A stretch of DNA of 64,000 nucleotides, taken from the NCBI GenBank assembly GCA_002633005.1, contig NMRA01000315.1:293509-357508 (forward strand), in the 5' to 3' direction. This document shows positions 38,547-53,123 of the stretch, in pieces. Origin of the DNA: Phoronis australis. Its lineage: Eukaryota > Animalia > Phoronida. The notes below the pieces were generated by a model that did no database searches, was not told the DNA's origin, and was given only the letters and a program-made list of their open reading frames with translations. Positions within the stretch are counted from its first letter, which is position 1. Each line of letters opens with the position of its first letter. The translations under genes and the position numbers were made by a program.

Positions 38547-39382
38547 TGTGCGTAGATGGAGAGTGAATAATCGAATCCAGTAATTAATTTATTACATGAT
38601 AACCCCTAATTAGACAAATGAAACCTATTGTTAATTAAGTAATCAACTACAAAGAGTAACTACGCTAGCGCCCTCTTTAAAGATTACTTTAATCAAACAA
38701 CCAAAACAATCAAATGTCTTATCTTCTATCCAAGCCAGGACTCTCCACTTGTTGGATGTCTGTCCTGTGGGTGAATCTTCGAACTACACACACTGTATAG
38801 CGACAGTGTACTTGCTGGTCACCGTCACTGGTGATGCAACACTTGCAGGCAATTTCTTCTACCCGCGATTCTTCTTGCTGGTCAAAGTCTCTGGCTGATG
38901 ACGCAACACTTCAGGTAGTATCTTACTACCCTCGATGCAAGTGACAAGCTCTTCGTTAACTTCCTGTTCGTTAACCCTTACCCTTGCCAAGATCCTTTCC
39001 AGAATCTTCCACGAGATGGCTCTGTCGTACAATTGCTTCTGTACAACGTAGCAAGTCTTTATGCTTCAACTACTATAGCGCATCTACTGTAATTATCTTG
39101 TTGATTTCAGCCCATAATATAACATTCTACTTATTTAGTGATTGGCTAATAAAAACCACATGATCATATCCAATGTTACAATTTGTTCTCAGAATATTCT
39201 AGAATCTCTTTGACCCCAGAACCCAAAGTTGTAAACACCATCTAAAAATAGATTTTGACGTTAAAATACATGTCAACAAGTCTGACCCCATGATTTAAAA
39301 GTACATACATGTATGCACAAATTTTGGGCATTTCAAAATGGATCTATTCTTACTAATTACTTAATCATTATTTATTCTGACA
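38547..39382 (-). mobile_element. Probable solo LTR
   Basis: TG...CA bounds; flanks GAGAT/GCGAT (5-bp TSD with 1 mismatch); AATAAA on the minus strand near its 3' end (~38590). Confidence 0.4.
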
Positions 39383-40646
39383 GCGATTTAGAACTTTATA
39401 TCCATCTCGCATGCGGTGTTTGTTTAACATAGCCTTCGCATCTCAATGAATAAAATGTTCGTTTTCGTCACTTCAACCGTACTATCGTAATCGACTCTTG
39501 ATTAATTTCAGAATAAAAATCAAGATATCCGGTGCCATTCCTTTGCAGAGGTTTTCAAAGAAAACCGTCAAATTGGAACTGTGTACTCAGTAAGTGATAA
39601 CTATTCTGCAGCATAGGCAAGACGATCTGAATGGCAGACAGTAAATCGATCAACGACGTGAGAAACAAATGAAGTCTTACTTGCTCACTTTTATGTCATT
39701 TATTTTTTAACATGTAAAAACAAAAAATAAATAACAGCTACTACATTTCTAAACAGATCTATTCAGGAAAATTTTCAAATAATAAAATTCCCAAGAACAA
39801 ATTTAAAATTCAACTTTACTGTCAAAGCATAGTAATTGTACGAGGCTAACTGACAAATGCACAGAAAACGCGGCTATCAATAACATTTAAGCTTTGCTTA
39901 TCGCTATCATTACAGGCAGTAACTATGTTCATTGTCAGTTTTAAGCCACCAAGTTTGTCTGCCACGGAAAAGGCCAGACCACTAGTAACCGGGGCGCATT
40001 AATAGGGAGGTAACATGAATTGTTCCCCCTGCCCTTCCACCTGTCCAGCCCGGAATCGCAGTAAAATTACCTCGTAGAGAAACTGTCTAGGTCTCTAACT
40101 AGCTTGTGTGCGCTTTATGGACGTCGACTCTTTAATGCGAGGTTAACCGCTTGGTGAAGTCTGCAATGGGCTGTAAAAGAATGGAAATTGCTGACTGTCC
40201 GTGTCGAAGACACTAAAAGCGAGCCATGCGTTATCGCCTTTAAAAAATCTGTAGAGACAACCAAAGTGTGTCAGAACCCAGACAATTCCGTGGTAAAATA
40301 AGAATAATTCAGGTCTATATCATGAAATTTTCGAAAGAATGACTTAAACTTCCGTGATTGTAACACCACCAGAGGCCGTTAACTGTAGCAGACACACACG
40401 CGCGACTGACAGTAGCGGCGAAAAATCTGAGTGCAGAGCGAAAATAACAGCTTATTACAATAGGGCCGTCCCGGATTACACAGCGACACTCGAATCTCGC
40501 TGTATTTCCCCATAACGCCGTAAACATCCGTCAAGCCAGAACATTTGCTGCCTCGTATTCGTGCCATTGGAGTTTCACATATTATTTATTGTTGTCTGAT
40601 TCTTTGCAAGTTTTTTCTCAGTTGCATTACTATATTCATCCATCTA

Positions 40647-40727
40647 ATGCCAACGAAGTATCACTGCTGTAGTATGGGCTGCAACTCCGACATCAATGAG
40701 AGACACGAAAATGTGCTTTATTTCTAA
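40647..40727 (+). mobile_element. THAP N-terminal remnant
   Basis: MPTKYHCCSMGCNSD... then stop; rest of domain not recognisable. Confidence 0.35.
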
Positions 40728-42121
40728 AAGGAGGTCACGCGCTTTCTTATCTCCGGGACAAAGGAGAGTTCTATCGCCATGTAATCCGGCACGGCCCTAT
40801 TCAAGACTACACGAACCACTGGCCTTTCACCTACGTGATGTTATTCTGCGTAACGTTGGGCCGTGATCTTGCGTAGCTCGGAAGGACTAAGGATACGAAG
40901 TGCAAAGTTTCTGAAGAGCACAACTTCAACAACAATATGTGTTTGTTACCATATAGATGCTTGAAGCCTACACATTCAAGTAAAGCACACAGTAATAAAT
41001 CAACGTCACTTCTATGCTGGTCGCTGAAGTTGCACTCACGGTTAAAGATTAATAAAGTCTTCAAACGATAAGCCTACACAACTCATGTGTCGGTATAAAA
41101 TGTAATGCAGATTTTTGGAGAGCCAGCTGTCACCTCTTACAGGACATCCTGCAGATGTGCGTATTTATAGTATTTATTGGCCACAATCGGTTACAGTTAG
41201 ATTCAAAGTAGACTCATACATGTATTGTTGCCTGCATCCCCTGTTGGCACAAACTTCTCCGCTACCGGCATGAACAATAAATCACGACGTCGGCATACCG
41301 ATCTAAGAGCTTCTGTTATATATTTCCTTCAACAAGTATGGTGGGGCCTTTCTGTCATATTTTGGATCTTCCAGTACACATTCCTACGTTCCTATGGATG
41401 GTGCATACTTTTGTGAGACCGTTCAGTTCGTGTACCGCACCACTTTCCTTCCGGAAAGACAATACATTGACCGTACCTTGTTGTTCCATAAACAAATTTT
41501 TCGACTAGCCAGACGTGTCATAGGCAAAGACCGGAAGCTAGGACCGTGCAGTACAACTAGCACAAAACAGAAAGTCGCTGGAGGGTCTAAGAGGTTCTAA
41601 GGGGGGAGGTGCAACAGCCGTTTTTAAGGGAAAATAATAGACCCTGGAAACAACATGCCGACGTCATTTTTTATTTTCGTTTTTGTACTTGTCCGTAGGA
41701 AGCCAGCTAATCCCCTGGCCCCAAAATCTGTAGTGTCCGTCTATGGCATGACTTAAAGGGGAAAGCAACCTAGTTAGCGTCATTTTTCGTTATACTAATA
41801 TTTTCAGGTTATTTTAGATAAAGTTAATGTATAAGTCCCCACATACTGACCTACTATTGAATTATACATGGCTCACTCCGGAACTGATGGCTCAAATCAT
41901 TCCCCGCGAGTTTCATTAGATTGTTCTACAATATTATTCATTGTAGACATCTCTGCATGTTGCCTGTTTACTATTTTCCAAAAATAGCCAACGAATATTC
42001 TGGAAGAATTTTACAAAGTTCATAGAGTGTAATTTAGTCACAGTATGGTTTGCACTGGACAGCAAAAACACTAAAAAACAACATGTACATAAAGAAGCTG
42101 TGCTGGTTGCTGGCCTTAGAC

Positions 42122-42344
42122 CAGTAGCGTTCAGAAGGGAAGGTGGGGGGACGAGTGACGGCACCTGGCATCCACATCGGATGGGGGCAACCAACCACTA
42201 TGAATAATTGTGACTGTGAATAAGGTTTCTTTTTATGTTTCACCTCTTTACTTTTCGTAGTACTAGGGTCCATGTATTTGAACGCAGAGAATGGCATCCT
42301 ATAAAAGGTCGCCCCGGGGACCACCAAACCCCTGCACGCCACTG
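42122..42344. mobile_element. hAT MITE with 8-bp TSD CCTTAGAC
   Basis: CAGTAGCGT...ACGCCACTG termini; CCTTAGAC at 42114-42121 and 42345-42352. Confidence 0.8.
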
Positions 42345-42477
42345 CCTTAGACGTCATGCTTCACACTGCAGGTGACACCAACTTTGTGGCCCTAAGTCAC
42401 TACAGGGGTTGCAGCTCGCGATGCTTCGCGTTTTTAGTTTTAAAAAAGTCACCTCCAGCAGGTGGCGACGTACAGCA

Positions 42478-42760
42478 GAGAAGGAAATACCGATGGTACG
42501 GCATCTTTATTCAGAATATGTTTAGCAAGTACCCTCGTGTCCGCGTTGATGTCCTTTTCGTAATCCGACGGTAAAAAATGTTTGACGCGCACACAACAGT
42601 TTTGCGCCGCTTTAGACCTGGCGCGAACAGGTAACGATTGATTTTGGCATGAACGAGCAAACTCTGACTGGTTTTGTTATCCACTGGAAATCGGTGAAAC
42701 AGTTCACCTATACTCTTCGAGAAGTCATGATGCCTCTATCCCGGTACGCAACAACTTCCA
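42478..42760 (-). mobile_element. Degenerate THAP domain related to the 7845-8159 copy
   Basis: GSCCVPG*...FHRFPVD...KHFLPSDYEKD...DAVPSVFP; upstream flank (acttccgg...aaaagcggttg) resembles 8302-8420. Confidence 0.7.
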
Positions 42761-43101
42761 AACGTGTTGAACAAGGCTAGAGAGGTAAACAAGTGCTAAA
42801 TTGCTACAAACTAACGTACACAACTACGCATCCGATGTCAAACACAATTCAAAGTACTTGTAAACAACTATGGTCGAGGAATATTCGGGCCACGAACATC
42901 ACTTCCGGAGTGACGCATGCATAACCAACTAGAACACAATGGAAATTAATTTACTTGAATTTTATCTAGGATAACATAAAATCATAGTTTAACCAAAGAT
43001 GACACTAAAAGCGGTTGATATCTCTTTTGCGGTGCCTTTGGGACGCCGATAACACATACCGTACATATACATGTATATTATAGGACTATAGAATTATTTA
43101 C

Positions 43102-43324
43102 CTCGTGAAACATTACGGTCATGTAGACGAGAACGCACCAGCCGACGGTACCAATGGCCAGTGCAAGGATGATCCACCACCAACCGCACGACTTTTTGCG
43201 TTCAAGATTAAAAAAATCCCCAGTCTTGTAATCGACGTATGACAGCACAGCGTACGCGAGGCCAAGGAGGCCAAATGTACAGTTACAGAACACAAAACTG
43301 AAGACAGCCGTGCCAAACTGGGTC
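43102..43324 (-). CDS. Exon encoding a CD225/dispanin (IFITM/PRRT-like) membrane domain
   Basis: tttactttcatttgcag acceptor, GAG|gtaaat donor; TQFGTAVFSFVFCNCTFGLLGLAYAVLSYVDYKTGDFFNLERKKSCGWWWIILALAIGTVGWCVLVYMTVMFHE. Two hydrophobic segments with CxC..FG and GD at CD225 spacing. Confidence 0.75.
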
Positions 43325-43414
43325 CTGCAAATGAAAGTAAAGCCATATAAAATTCACAATTTTAAATATTGCCCTTATGCGATCAACAGAATTGTTATCG
43401 TAGTAATTGACAAC

Positions 43415-44310
43415 AGCCAGCTGCACGGTTATCCGTCCACCATTCATCTTTCTATCCATCCATCAAGTCACTCAGTTAGCCATCCATCCAGACAGTCAAA
43501 CAGTCACCCATCCAGCAAGACAGCCATCCAGCCGTCTAGCCAGCCATCAAGCCATCTATCCAGCCATCTAGCCATCTAGGCAGCTATTCAAACTTCCATC
43601 CAACCATCAATACTTCCATCTAACCTTCCATCCATCCATCCACCCAGCCACCCATCTATACATCCAGCCATCCTTACAGAAATCTATACATGTACTGCCA
43701 GCCATTTATACAGCCAGCCTTCCCTACAGCCAGCTTTCCCTACAGCCAGCCATCCATACCGCCAGCCATCCATACAGCCAGCCATCCTTACAGCCATACA
43801 TACAGCCATCCATACAGCCAACCATAAAGTCATCCATACAGCCAGCCATCTATACAGCCAGCCATTAATCAAGTCAGCTGGCTAGTTATCCATGTAAACC
43901 CATGCAAACAGGCAGTTCGACATCGATCAATACAGCCACCCATCCAGTCAGCCAACGTCCCATCCAGCCACTCATCCAGTCAGTCAAACATCCATACAGC
44001 CATCCATACAGCCATCCAACCTTGCAGCCATACATGTACATACAGTCCCTGTTATACCCAACAATCGGCCGTGCGAAACCAATTGTTACACATACAGTCA
44101 TACTCTACATACAGCCAGCCATTAATCAAGTCAGCTGGCTAGTTATCCATGTCAACCCATGCAAACAGGCAGTTCGCCATCGATCAATACAGCCACCCAT
44201 CCAGTCAGCCAACGTCCCATCCAGCCACCCATCCAGCCACCCAGCCACCCATCCAGCCACCTAGCCAGCCAACCAGGCAGCCTGGCAGCCAGGCACCCAG
44301 CCAGCCATCA
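43415..44310. repeat. Degenerate (CCAT/CAGC)n tetranucleotide satellite with an internal ~115-bp duplication
   Basis: catccagcca arrays; the block at ~43855-43970 recurs at ~44113-44228. Confidence 0.85.
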
Positions 44311-47300
44311 TTTTCGGTGTGCACGAAGTATCTGTGATTTTGAACCTACCACTGGAATTTTGGTTTTGCGGTCGTAACAGTAAGGTCTGACATTGGAACC
44401 ATAGTTCGGTCTCGTGCAGATGAGTGGGCGAAAACCACACGCGTTTCCGTGTCGAAGTCTTGACCCATGTTCACGTACGCCATCTTCCGGTATCTGGAAA
44501 AGGACAACTCGTGTTGATATTTTTTAGTGGCAGCGTTTCGGTGAGCAAGTTTCTGGCGTAGACATGTAACCTGTCAGCAAATATGTATGTACAACCGAAA
44601 GCAAGGGGGACCTGCATTCAGACTGACTGAGTCAACTAAGACCTAAAACGGAACGTTGCAAGAGAAAAGACAATGTCGAGGTGATCAGCTTGGATCGCAA
44701 ATTGAAATACGGATTGAATGCTCTGTGGGACAATTTGGACTTGAAAACGAACAGCGAACTTGCCAACGGTATATTGGTTTGGCAAGTTCACCAATAACAA
44801 TAATGTTATTGATAATTACAAGAAACTGTCGATCTATCTCGTCGAGGTCAGCGCATCAATTAACGTCTATTCTGACCTTAATCTGACATTTCCCATTTAG
44901 ATCTTTACCTCATAAATTTCCTCGGTGCCAGTTGCTCGACCGCGACCTGTGCAGCACGATCGCTATAAGCTCGTTTATCATCAGAGTTATTATTATGAGC
45001 AAATTACTTGACGGAGAAAAATAAGATATGAATCAGAGAACCTGAAAAGGTTTGCTTTGGGCAGTCTGTGCATATTAAATGCTTTGGGCATTCCGTTCAT
45101 ATCAAATGCTTTCTCGGACGTTTTACAAATACTGTATGGTGCTGTGAACATTTTCGGTTGAATGTAAACCATAGATTCTGCAAAAGTTAATAAAACTGGC
45201 CGTTTCCTAGTAAAAATGCTCCGTAATGGGCTCTGCAAAACTTAATCTACTCAGATTTATATACAGTTTAATAGGAGAGTAAGCCTGTGTCCTCATTGTC
45301 CTGTCTGCATGTATTTGAAAGCCAAAATATCTTTCACTTATATTCCAAGGTTTTCCCATATTCAGGCCAGGGCATGAATCCCTGCACACCACCAATATCT
45401 CGATCCTGACGCCTGCACCTTATTACTGCATGGTAAACAAGAAGTTTAGTTGTAAAAATTACGAAACACAATTTAAAATGTAACTGAAATCCTTATAAAT
45501 AACGTAAAAACATTACGTCAATACGAGCGTTGTCTATGGAAATAGGGCACACAATAGAAATTTTAACAGATATGTAGGTAATCTCAAAAAAACCACGAAT
45601 GGACGGAGCAAGATTCCCCTTACGGCCTTCAGTTGCTTTTTACTGCTCTGAATTAGGTAGTTGTTACACACGCAACGGAGTTTAAACTCTGTTTTTTCAC
45701 ATTGTATGGTGTTGTTACCGTGCGGCGAGCAAACAAAAACATTCTTGTCAATATTGAAGGGCGTGCGCTAACCATGTTCGGAATGTTTGCTCAGTTTTAT
45801 TGATTTGAATTCCGATGAAATGCCTATACAGTACAGCGCTCGAAATGAAGCAGTTACTAAATATGACATTTCGTTTTAGTGTCAAACTTAACCACAACAC
45901 GTGTGAGCTTCTGCGTTCTCCAAGCAATTTTGACATGGAAAGCACGACAAAGGAATTCAAAAACGCTGGGCTCGCGGATTCGCATAGGCCTTACGCCGCA
46001 AATTGTTGTGCAGTGCGTGTTTACAGGGTGCCAGTGTCGCGTGTTCGCGATCTGTGACCGACGTCTTTAGCGGACACGAGTCCGTGAGTCGTGCGTGTTT
46101 ACAGGTGCCGGAACCGCATGTTCGCCCGATCTTGAGTCACGCTTGTTAGCGGACACGGGTAGGCGTGAGCCGCGCTTTTGGAGCTGTCAGTCATTCGGGA
46201 TAACCTGTATTTTACAAGCAATTAAACGTATGTGGAAAACGCGCTAACATCTTGGCAACTCGCGAGCCACCATCGTGGGCAAACACAGCCTAAGCACAAA
46301 GAAGTAGAATGTGCGTGTAAATGAGCTTCTCACGGTAGATGTGCCTTCTGTTCTTGGGGTAGGCACTGAATAAAAAGGCAAATTAGGTGTCTGCCATGAC
46401 AAGCGTTCAAATGAGAATTTGCAGACTACTGTCCATGCCTCCATGGAATGCCAACATGTTTTTTTTGAGACTGCGTGCATTACCATACTTATAACTAAGT
46501 AAGTACCTTGCAATCGTACCTGTAAAAATACACGCACCGTCAATCCGCTAGGTGCTTCTCATTGCGGATGTTTATACTCTGGTACCCGAGGTAGATTCTG
46601 GTACGGTCGATTTGTTATGATCAAACCCGTCATTGCAGTCTCATAAGCCCCGAAAACAAAAAAGTCGCATTCTCAAAGAGAAACAAGATTACCATTTGCC
46701 TTACCTTATCAATTAACTGACAAGGGTGGTCAGAACACTCCCAGGGATTTTGTCTTTTTCAGTGTGCTAAAGCATGTAGGCAGCGGTAGTTATGTAAATA
46801 AGTAGATCAGTTCATAACCGGTACGAGGTAACGGAAGATGTCGCTAGCACAGTGGTGGTCATCGATATGGAAATAAACACAGTCGCCAAATGATCTCTAA
46901 CTTGTCCACGAAACACGTGTATCGAGCACTTTCTTTTAGCTGCAGTCTTGTAAAGTAATGAAGTGTAATTTGTGACGGGAATAACCCATCTGTAATTTAT
47001 GGGGCTAATCCAACATGGCGATCAATAACTAATTTCTATAGGCTTCGATAATACACTGAATGTATTTAGCAAATCGATGTAATCAAATGCAATGTCTAAA
47101 GTGCGGTCAATGGCGTGTGTACTGGAACTCTTCAACTAGCAGTAAATGAATAAAAATGGGTTACAAATACATGTAGTTTCTGGATCTCAGTGCATCCTGT
47201 CAAAATTACTACTGTACTTTTGGGAGGAAAGTACAACACGTGTTGTCTATTAACAATCACATAGTTCACATTCGTTAGCTGTCTGAAAACATTCGACAGA

Positions 47301-50300
47301 TTTTAAAACCAAACCACATTGAGTGCCAATACAGAGCAACGGACATCTATTTTGCGACCGTGACAAATTGTCGTATCCAACTGATCAAACCGCTAAGTGA
47401 AAGATAACAAACAAGCGTGTGTAATAGATACTTTTATTGATTTTCTAAAAAGCAAGTTTATGTAACTGCTAAAGGTTGTTGAGCAACTCACTGGAGTTGA
47501 TGTGCGCGAATTTGGAATCCTGCTGAATCTCAAGATTGCGTATGCGTAAACTTGGAATTGAAAGTATTCATTTGGGTAACCAGGTGAAATTTTTTGTTCA
47601 GCGTAAAGAAAATTTGTAATCATTGGCATCGCGATCACCCATTTTCTCCTTTACCGTAACTTGTGCCAAATAATCGGAGATTTTTATGCCGGTTAAATCA
47701 ATTATTTTTGATGAATAAGATTGCCAATGGTTGAAAAAGATTAATAGTTAAATTTACTTTATTTTATTAACATGTAATTTGATTTAGTGCTATGCAGTTT
47801 TTGTCAACTTGAACTTGATTATTTGAGTGAATTTGTCAAATTTCCACGTGTATTCCAAGTTCACGCATACACGATCTTGAGATTCAGCAAGATTCCAAGA
47901 TCACGAGCAGCGGAAATACTATATCATATCGCCTGTAACGAAGTATCGTATCCTTCGTCTGGTCTCTCCTGCCATTTCCTAATGCATCCATTTAGGATAC
48001 TATACACATAAAAAAGCTAATTTTCAACTATATGACCTTGGTACTAATGTTTTTAGAAATTTCCGGGAGGCCTTTAACTTGTGAAACAGACCCCTGTTCA
48101 CTGGTCGACAGTGTGAGCTTCATCATACCACCTGCCAGGTTAGTCCTATTTATGCAGCTTGCCAAGACAAATTTGCTCTGGCACAAATGAGGTGAATTGA
48201 CTGAAAGGAGCATGCCACTCAAAAAACCACCTAAATTGTATCAATTTAGATCGAATAGTTCTACTCCATAACGACACGTACGGTTGCGCTACCTGAACCT
48301 GACGGCAGACGGAGGTGTTGAAATAATCCATTGACGTCATCGGTTTCACACGCAGTCTGTTCAGCGGTTCACTACACGGGTTACTGGTGTCAGCTTATTG
48401 CTTGAAGTCATCGTTTAACACCAATAGATCATCAAACTTCGATGTAAAACCCTTAAAAATACACCGAGATCTTATAAAAACGTGTTGTTTTATTTCGCTC
48501 TAACGGATTTATTGGTATTTGGATACACCGTAGCCTACAAAGTTCGGCAGGCCAATAAGGTCCTTAGCAGGAGTTTGGGGTCTGTTCGGAGATAATTTCG
48601 AAGTATCTTCCGTGAGATATAGACAGGAAAATCTAGATCTGTGTTGTTTAACCTTTTAATTTTTTGAGTTCTAAACGCAAAACGCTTGTTATCCTGGCCA
48701 GTGGCTCGAGGAGCCCGATCAGGCCCGTGGCGGCCGGCCGGATTGACTCGCTAACCCGTCCAGTGGCTCGGAAACTGATCAGACATCACGAACATCAACC
48801 CGCCAAAGTTCAGTGGAAACTAAACTTCCAGTCAAGAAGATACTATACTGGCGAGCCAAAGTACTGTGCACGTGATTATTTTAGTGATTTAGCCACGAAA
48901 CTGCAAATCTACTTACTCGTCGGGGGCCGCGAATTCATGTTCCGCTTTGGCCACAGCAGCGTCAGGGCAGAAGTTGTACATTGACAATCATTATTTGAGT
49001 AATGTAAATGTAAATAAAGATTCCCCTAACACCTGGCCGTGGGATGGAAATCGAGTTGTTTCACAACAGTTTCTGCCAGCAAACACTAAATTAGCATGAG
49101 CTCACATGGTCTTGGTGTCCTTTCAATTAGTTTTATTGCACCTAAAGCCAGTAACGCAATGATTCATTCATTGCTGGCTTCTCAAATCATTTTCATTCAC
49201 GAACACTCCAAAGGCATTACAAATTGCATCTAATGAGACAGACTTTGTTTCAATTTTATATAAGTATTGGTTAGGGTGAGAATAATTCATTTTGAAACAG
49301 AACGCTCAGTAAAAAACGCCAACATGGCAACTCGCAATCCCGACTTAGGACGAGCGAGCTCATCAGTCCCGACTTCGCTGGTGGACCGTTAAGTTTTACA
49401 GGCTAACAATTCGAACAGGAATACAGTGATGAAGAAATACTAGAGAGGCGCCGTGAACAAGCTCAGACAACGGAATGTATGGAGTTATGTGGTAAGCCGG
49501 CAGTTCGTCAAGAACTGTCGACGTCTGCAGGCCACAGACACGGAGATGTTTCACGGCTTCATACTTGCTATTTACAGCGTACCTTTATTCTTCACTACCA
49601 TGAGCCACTTCCTAAGCATTTCAGACTCTCGAGGAAGTAAAAAAACGATAAACTCGCTTTCCTCGCAGCTGCTTAGTTCGGACAAGCGAGAACGATGCAC
49701 CGCAACATAGCGGCATTCACTCTGCATATGAACCACTGACGTCCCGTTTCTCACCTTCCTCACAGGTTAACGCGACACCTCTTGGCAAGGTAAGGTCGAC
49801 CGTATGCGAGGCGATACGGATATAGACCGATTAAGACGGCAAAAAAAGACTAATTAAATCGGGTGGCATTCTCCTTTAACAATGCTGGTGCACTTCGACA
49901 CCAGTTTGCTTCAAATGAAAACGTATCTGTTGCAAGTCGGATTAAATTCTGGGCGCAGGTACACTGTAAAAATTTAAACGCTACTGGAATAAAACAGAAA
50001 CGAAATGGATTGAACAAACTATAAATTTCCCATTGCTATGGGTGGTAGCAGTAGGTAAAGTTCATTTAACATGATGTAGGCAACAACCGGAGGGCTCGGG
50101 ATTCATAGGAGCCTCTGCCTTTGGAACTCCCCTCAGCAGCCGCAACTGTGGACCCATTACGAAAATGAAAAGCCGGGCCAACAACTATGTGGTTTGGGGA
50201 TTGGGACTGCAACGCAAAACAATCGTGTACACCTACATGTACAGGTTGTGCCGTCTTTTCGGCAATAGACCCTACATAAACCTCTGTTATAAAAATGATC

Positions 50301-51337
50301 TTTGTTTTTTAACTTTTTGACCCTCTTAAGTTTGTTCATTTCTTTAGCTTACTAAACATGTAATGTACGTCTCTGAGATTATAATGTTCTCTTAGATTCC
50401 TGGGACCCGTTTCGTGAAAGTGACTTCAGACAAAAATGTTATCTTATGCACCCACTTCGCCATTGGTATTAAGCCAAGTTACTATGAACGCGTAGCAGTA
50501 TGGAAATTAAGAACTCTACACAAGTTACATCTATATCACTAGTCAATAGTTATGCGTATATTCTCAGAAAATTTTTGTACTTTTGCTTAAGTCAGATTTA
50601 ACTGTTTTTAAAAATAGTTAGGTGGAAAGTAAGACAAGATTTCTGTATTAAGTCTTCAGCCACTTTCTACGACACAGTCCCTAGTAGGTTTGGGGACGAC
50701 ATAAGTCGTGCTTCTGGCAGTTTGAAATGTTTTTTACGTCTACTGGCGGAACGTGCTGTTTAACAATATATGGCTGCTTTACGTAGATGCAAGAATCTCG
50801 CCGAATGCAATACGACGCTAAGGCGAGTGTTTCGATAGTATGAGCGGAAGCTTACATACTTTAGGAATATGGCCGCCAATGAATGGATTGGTCGGTGATG
50901 GTGGTATGTCGAATTATGATATAGATTTTTCTATTCAGCCCTTTCTATAACCAGTGATTTCTAGCCGCAAATTCACCACGAGTTCCTACCGAACGCTGTC
51001 CACATAAGCAGCTGAAATACAATGTAGATGTAAAATGGGGCGAACTTTGTCTCGCTCTCAGACAGCAACCATAGCAACCACAGAAGCATTCAGCTAAATT
51101 TTAGAGGTTGATACTATCAGTTTACACATTGTTATTAATTGACGACAATTGAATATGTCAATATTTTATTGGAAAATCGACCGTATGAATGTCTCCGCTT
51201 CGTTAGCTGTAAACATTAATTATAATTAGATGTAGACACAATCCTACAATCAACAGGATCAACACTTGGTGTTCCAAGCGCCTTGCAACAAAATAGTATC
51301 TTTAGATAGACATAACTGAGCGTGCAGTGAGCAGAAG

Positions 51338-51392
51338 ATGCATTCAACCAAAGTCGTTTTTATACTTGTATCATGGTGTTTAAGTTCACATG
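51338..51392 (+). CDS. Lectin gene 2 exon 1 (signal peptide)
   Basis: MHSTKVVFILVSWCLSSH+G then gtgagt, phase 1; GAAGATG context shared with gene 1. Confidence 0.8.
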
Positions 51393-53123
51393 GTGAGTAT
51401 GATGAACATCGTGGTGTTTTCGTTCACAGGGTGAGTATGATGAACACGCTATAGATAATTTACAACGAATTACATGTATTTTGAAATATGATATTTAGCT
51501 GAATTGCTGCGAAGAAGAGTCAAGAAGAGAGAAATACTGGAGAGGATAATTGGCTGACGTATTGATCCATAGCGTCCGTGTCATCTGTGGACAACTGACC
51601 GGCTCACTTCTTGTTTTTTTCTAGATGGTGTTAATAAAGCAATTATATAGTAAGATCAAAAAAGTAAAATTGAGGAGGCTCAATTCCCTCAACAATTGGT
51701 CATGTCTGTCGTTATTTTGTGTCGGATTTCGAATGTCGCGTGGAGTACCTACCATAAATTTAGAGTGGTCGCAACAGCTTTTGCAGGAGTCCAGAAAAGT
51801 GGACAAATTAATTTCTTTAACTTCGAAACATCCTATCTTAGAAATGGCTGATCGGATTCATGTGAAACTGTCAAATACAATGTAATATGCCTTGTGTATT
51901 TTCTCAAAACGGCTTTTTAAAAGCTCCACGTTTGAATGAGAGGTTGTCAGAGTTAACGTGTAGGATTTTTATGATTTCCATGAAACAACTCAAAAGTTGT
52001 GTAAAAAGAAAACAGTTTATGATAATTTCGAAAATTATAACAGCGTTTTTTGGATTTCATTTTGAACAGTTAAATCAAGTGATATTGTTATTGATACTAT
52101 TGCTCTACTTTTTGTTTTGCGTGGTCACGTAACCAAATTAATGAAAGATTGGTAAAAAAGCAAAAAATACAGGCATTCTTACTTTCAGAAAATATGTTAT
52201 TCTACTGATTTAAAGTTCATAGTTTTCTAAATATTTGACTGATTACGCAGGCTTATAGTGTTTTTCCTTATGTTTGTCCATGCTTAGTGTGTGACCATGA
52301 GAAATGAGTAAACTGTCGGTAAAAATGTTTGGCCTCTCATTTGCCATCGGTGAATTCTGCTTTTTACTCTGGCTGATACGTTACAGTTGTCACAGACTTT
52401 AATTGTTATCTGTTTATGATAAAATCATAAAAACATAACCGATTCTGATGTTTTATAGCTCCGATCAAAACAACTGACCTCAAACAGTAATCATGTCCAA
52501 AAATAGCCCACAATGCGTTTTTTCGTTCGTAAATGGGCTTTGACCGGGCAATATTATTACGGATGAATGCTTTTTTAATTGCAATAGCTACACTGAACTT
52601 AGAGAGAGAAAGGTATTTTGACATCTATTACTATAAACACCCTCCCGTATACTGGTGACCGCAAAAGATAACGAACAACTTGTTAACCTTTATATAGATG
52701 TTTTCCAAACTTTTGCAAAGTTGTGAGAACTTGTGAGCAGCTTAAATCGCTAAATGCTTTTTTTGTGCTTGGGTCTATGGCATTTACTTTAAAATTAAAA
52801 TTGATTAGTTGTTTGATTGATTCAAATGGCCCATTTTGACATAAGTGTTAAATTAAAGTGAAATCTCAACTACCTGTTACAGATTCTAAACTATTGTTTC
52901 TTTTTGTTTTAGATTTAGATTTTTTTCGTTTTAATACATATTCTAAAAATTCGGGAACCGTTCAAAACCAATTTCCGTCAGCGCCTACGAGAACAGAGCG
53001 TAAAGCACAATATTTTCATTCGATTAGCCATTTTTGAGATACATTTACAATAGTCAAAAGTCAACCGAATTTCGATATTTGTCTGGTTTCTCAGATAAAA
53101 TTTGTTCATTTATTTATTTACAG

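Noticed and set aside
43310-44377. Pro/Ser/His/Gln-rich ORFs
   Set aside because: Translation of the CCAT/CAGC satellite.
45009-46519. Candidate upstream small exons of the dispanin gene (~45009-45042 and 46507-46519, minus strand)
   Set aside because: Splice sites are plausible, but there is no homology support and I cannot choose between them without transcripts.
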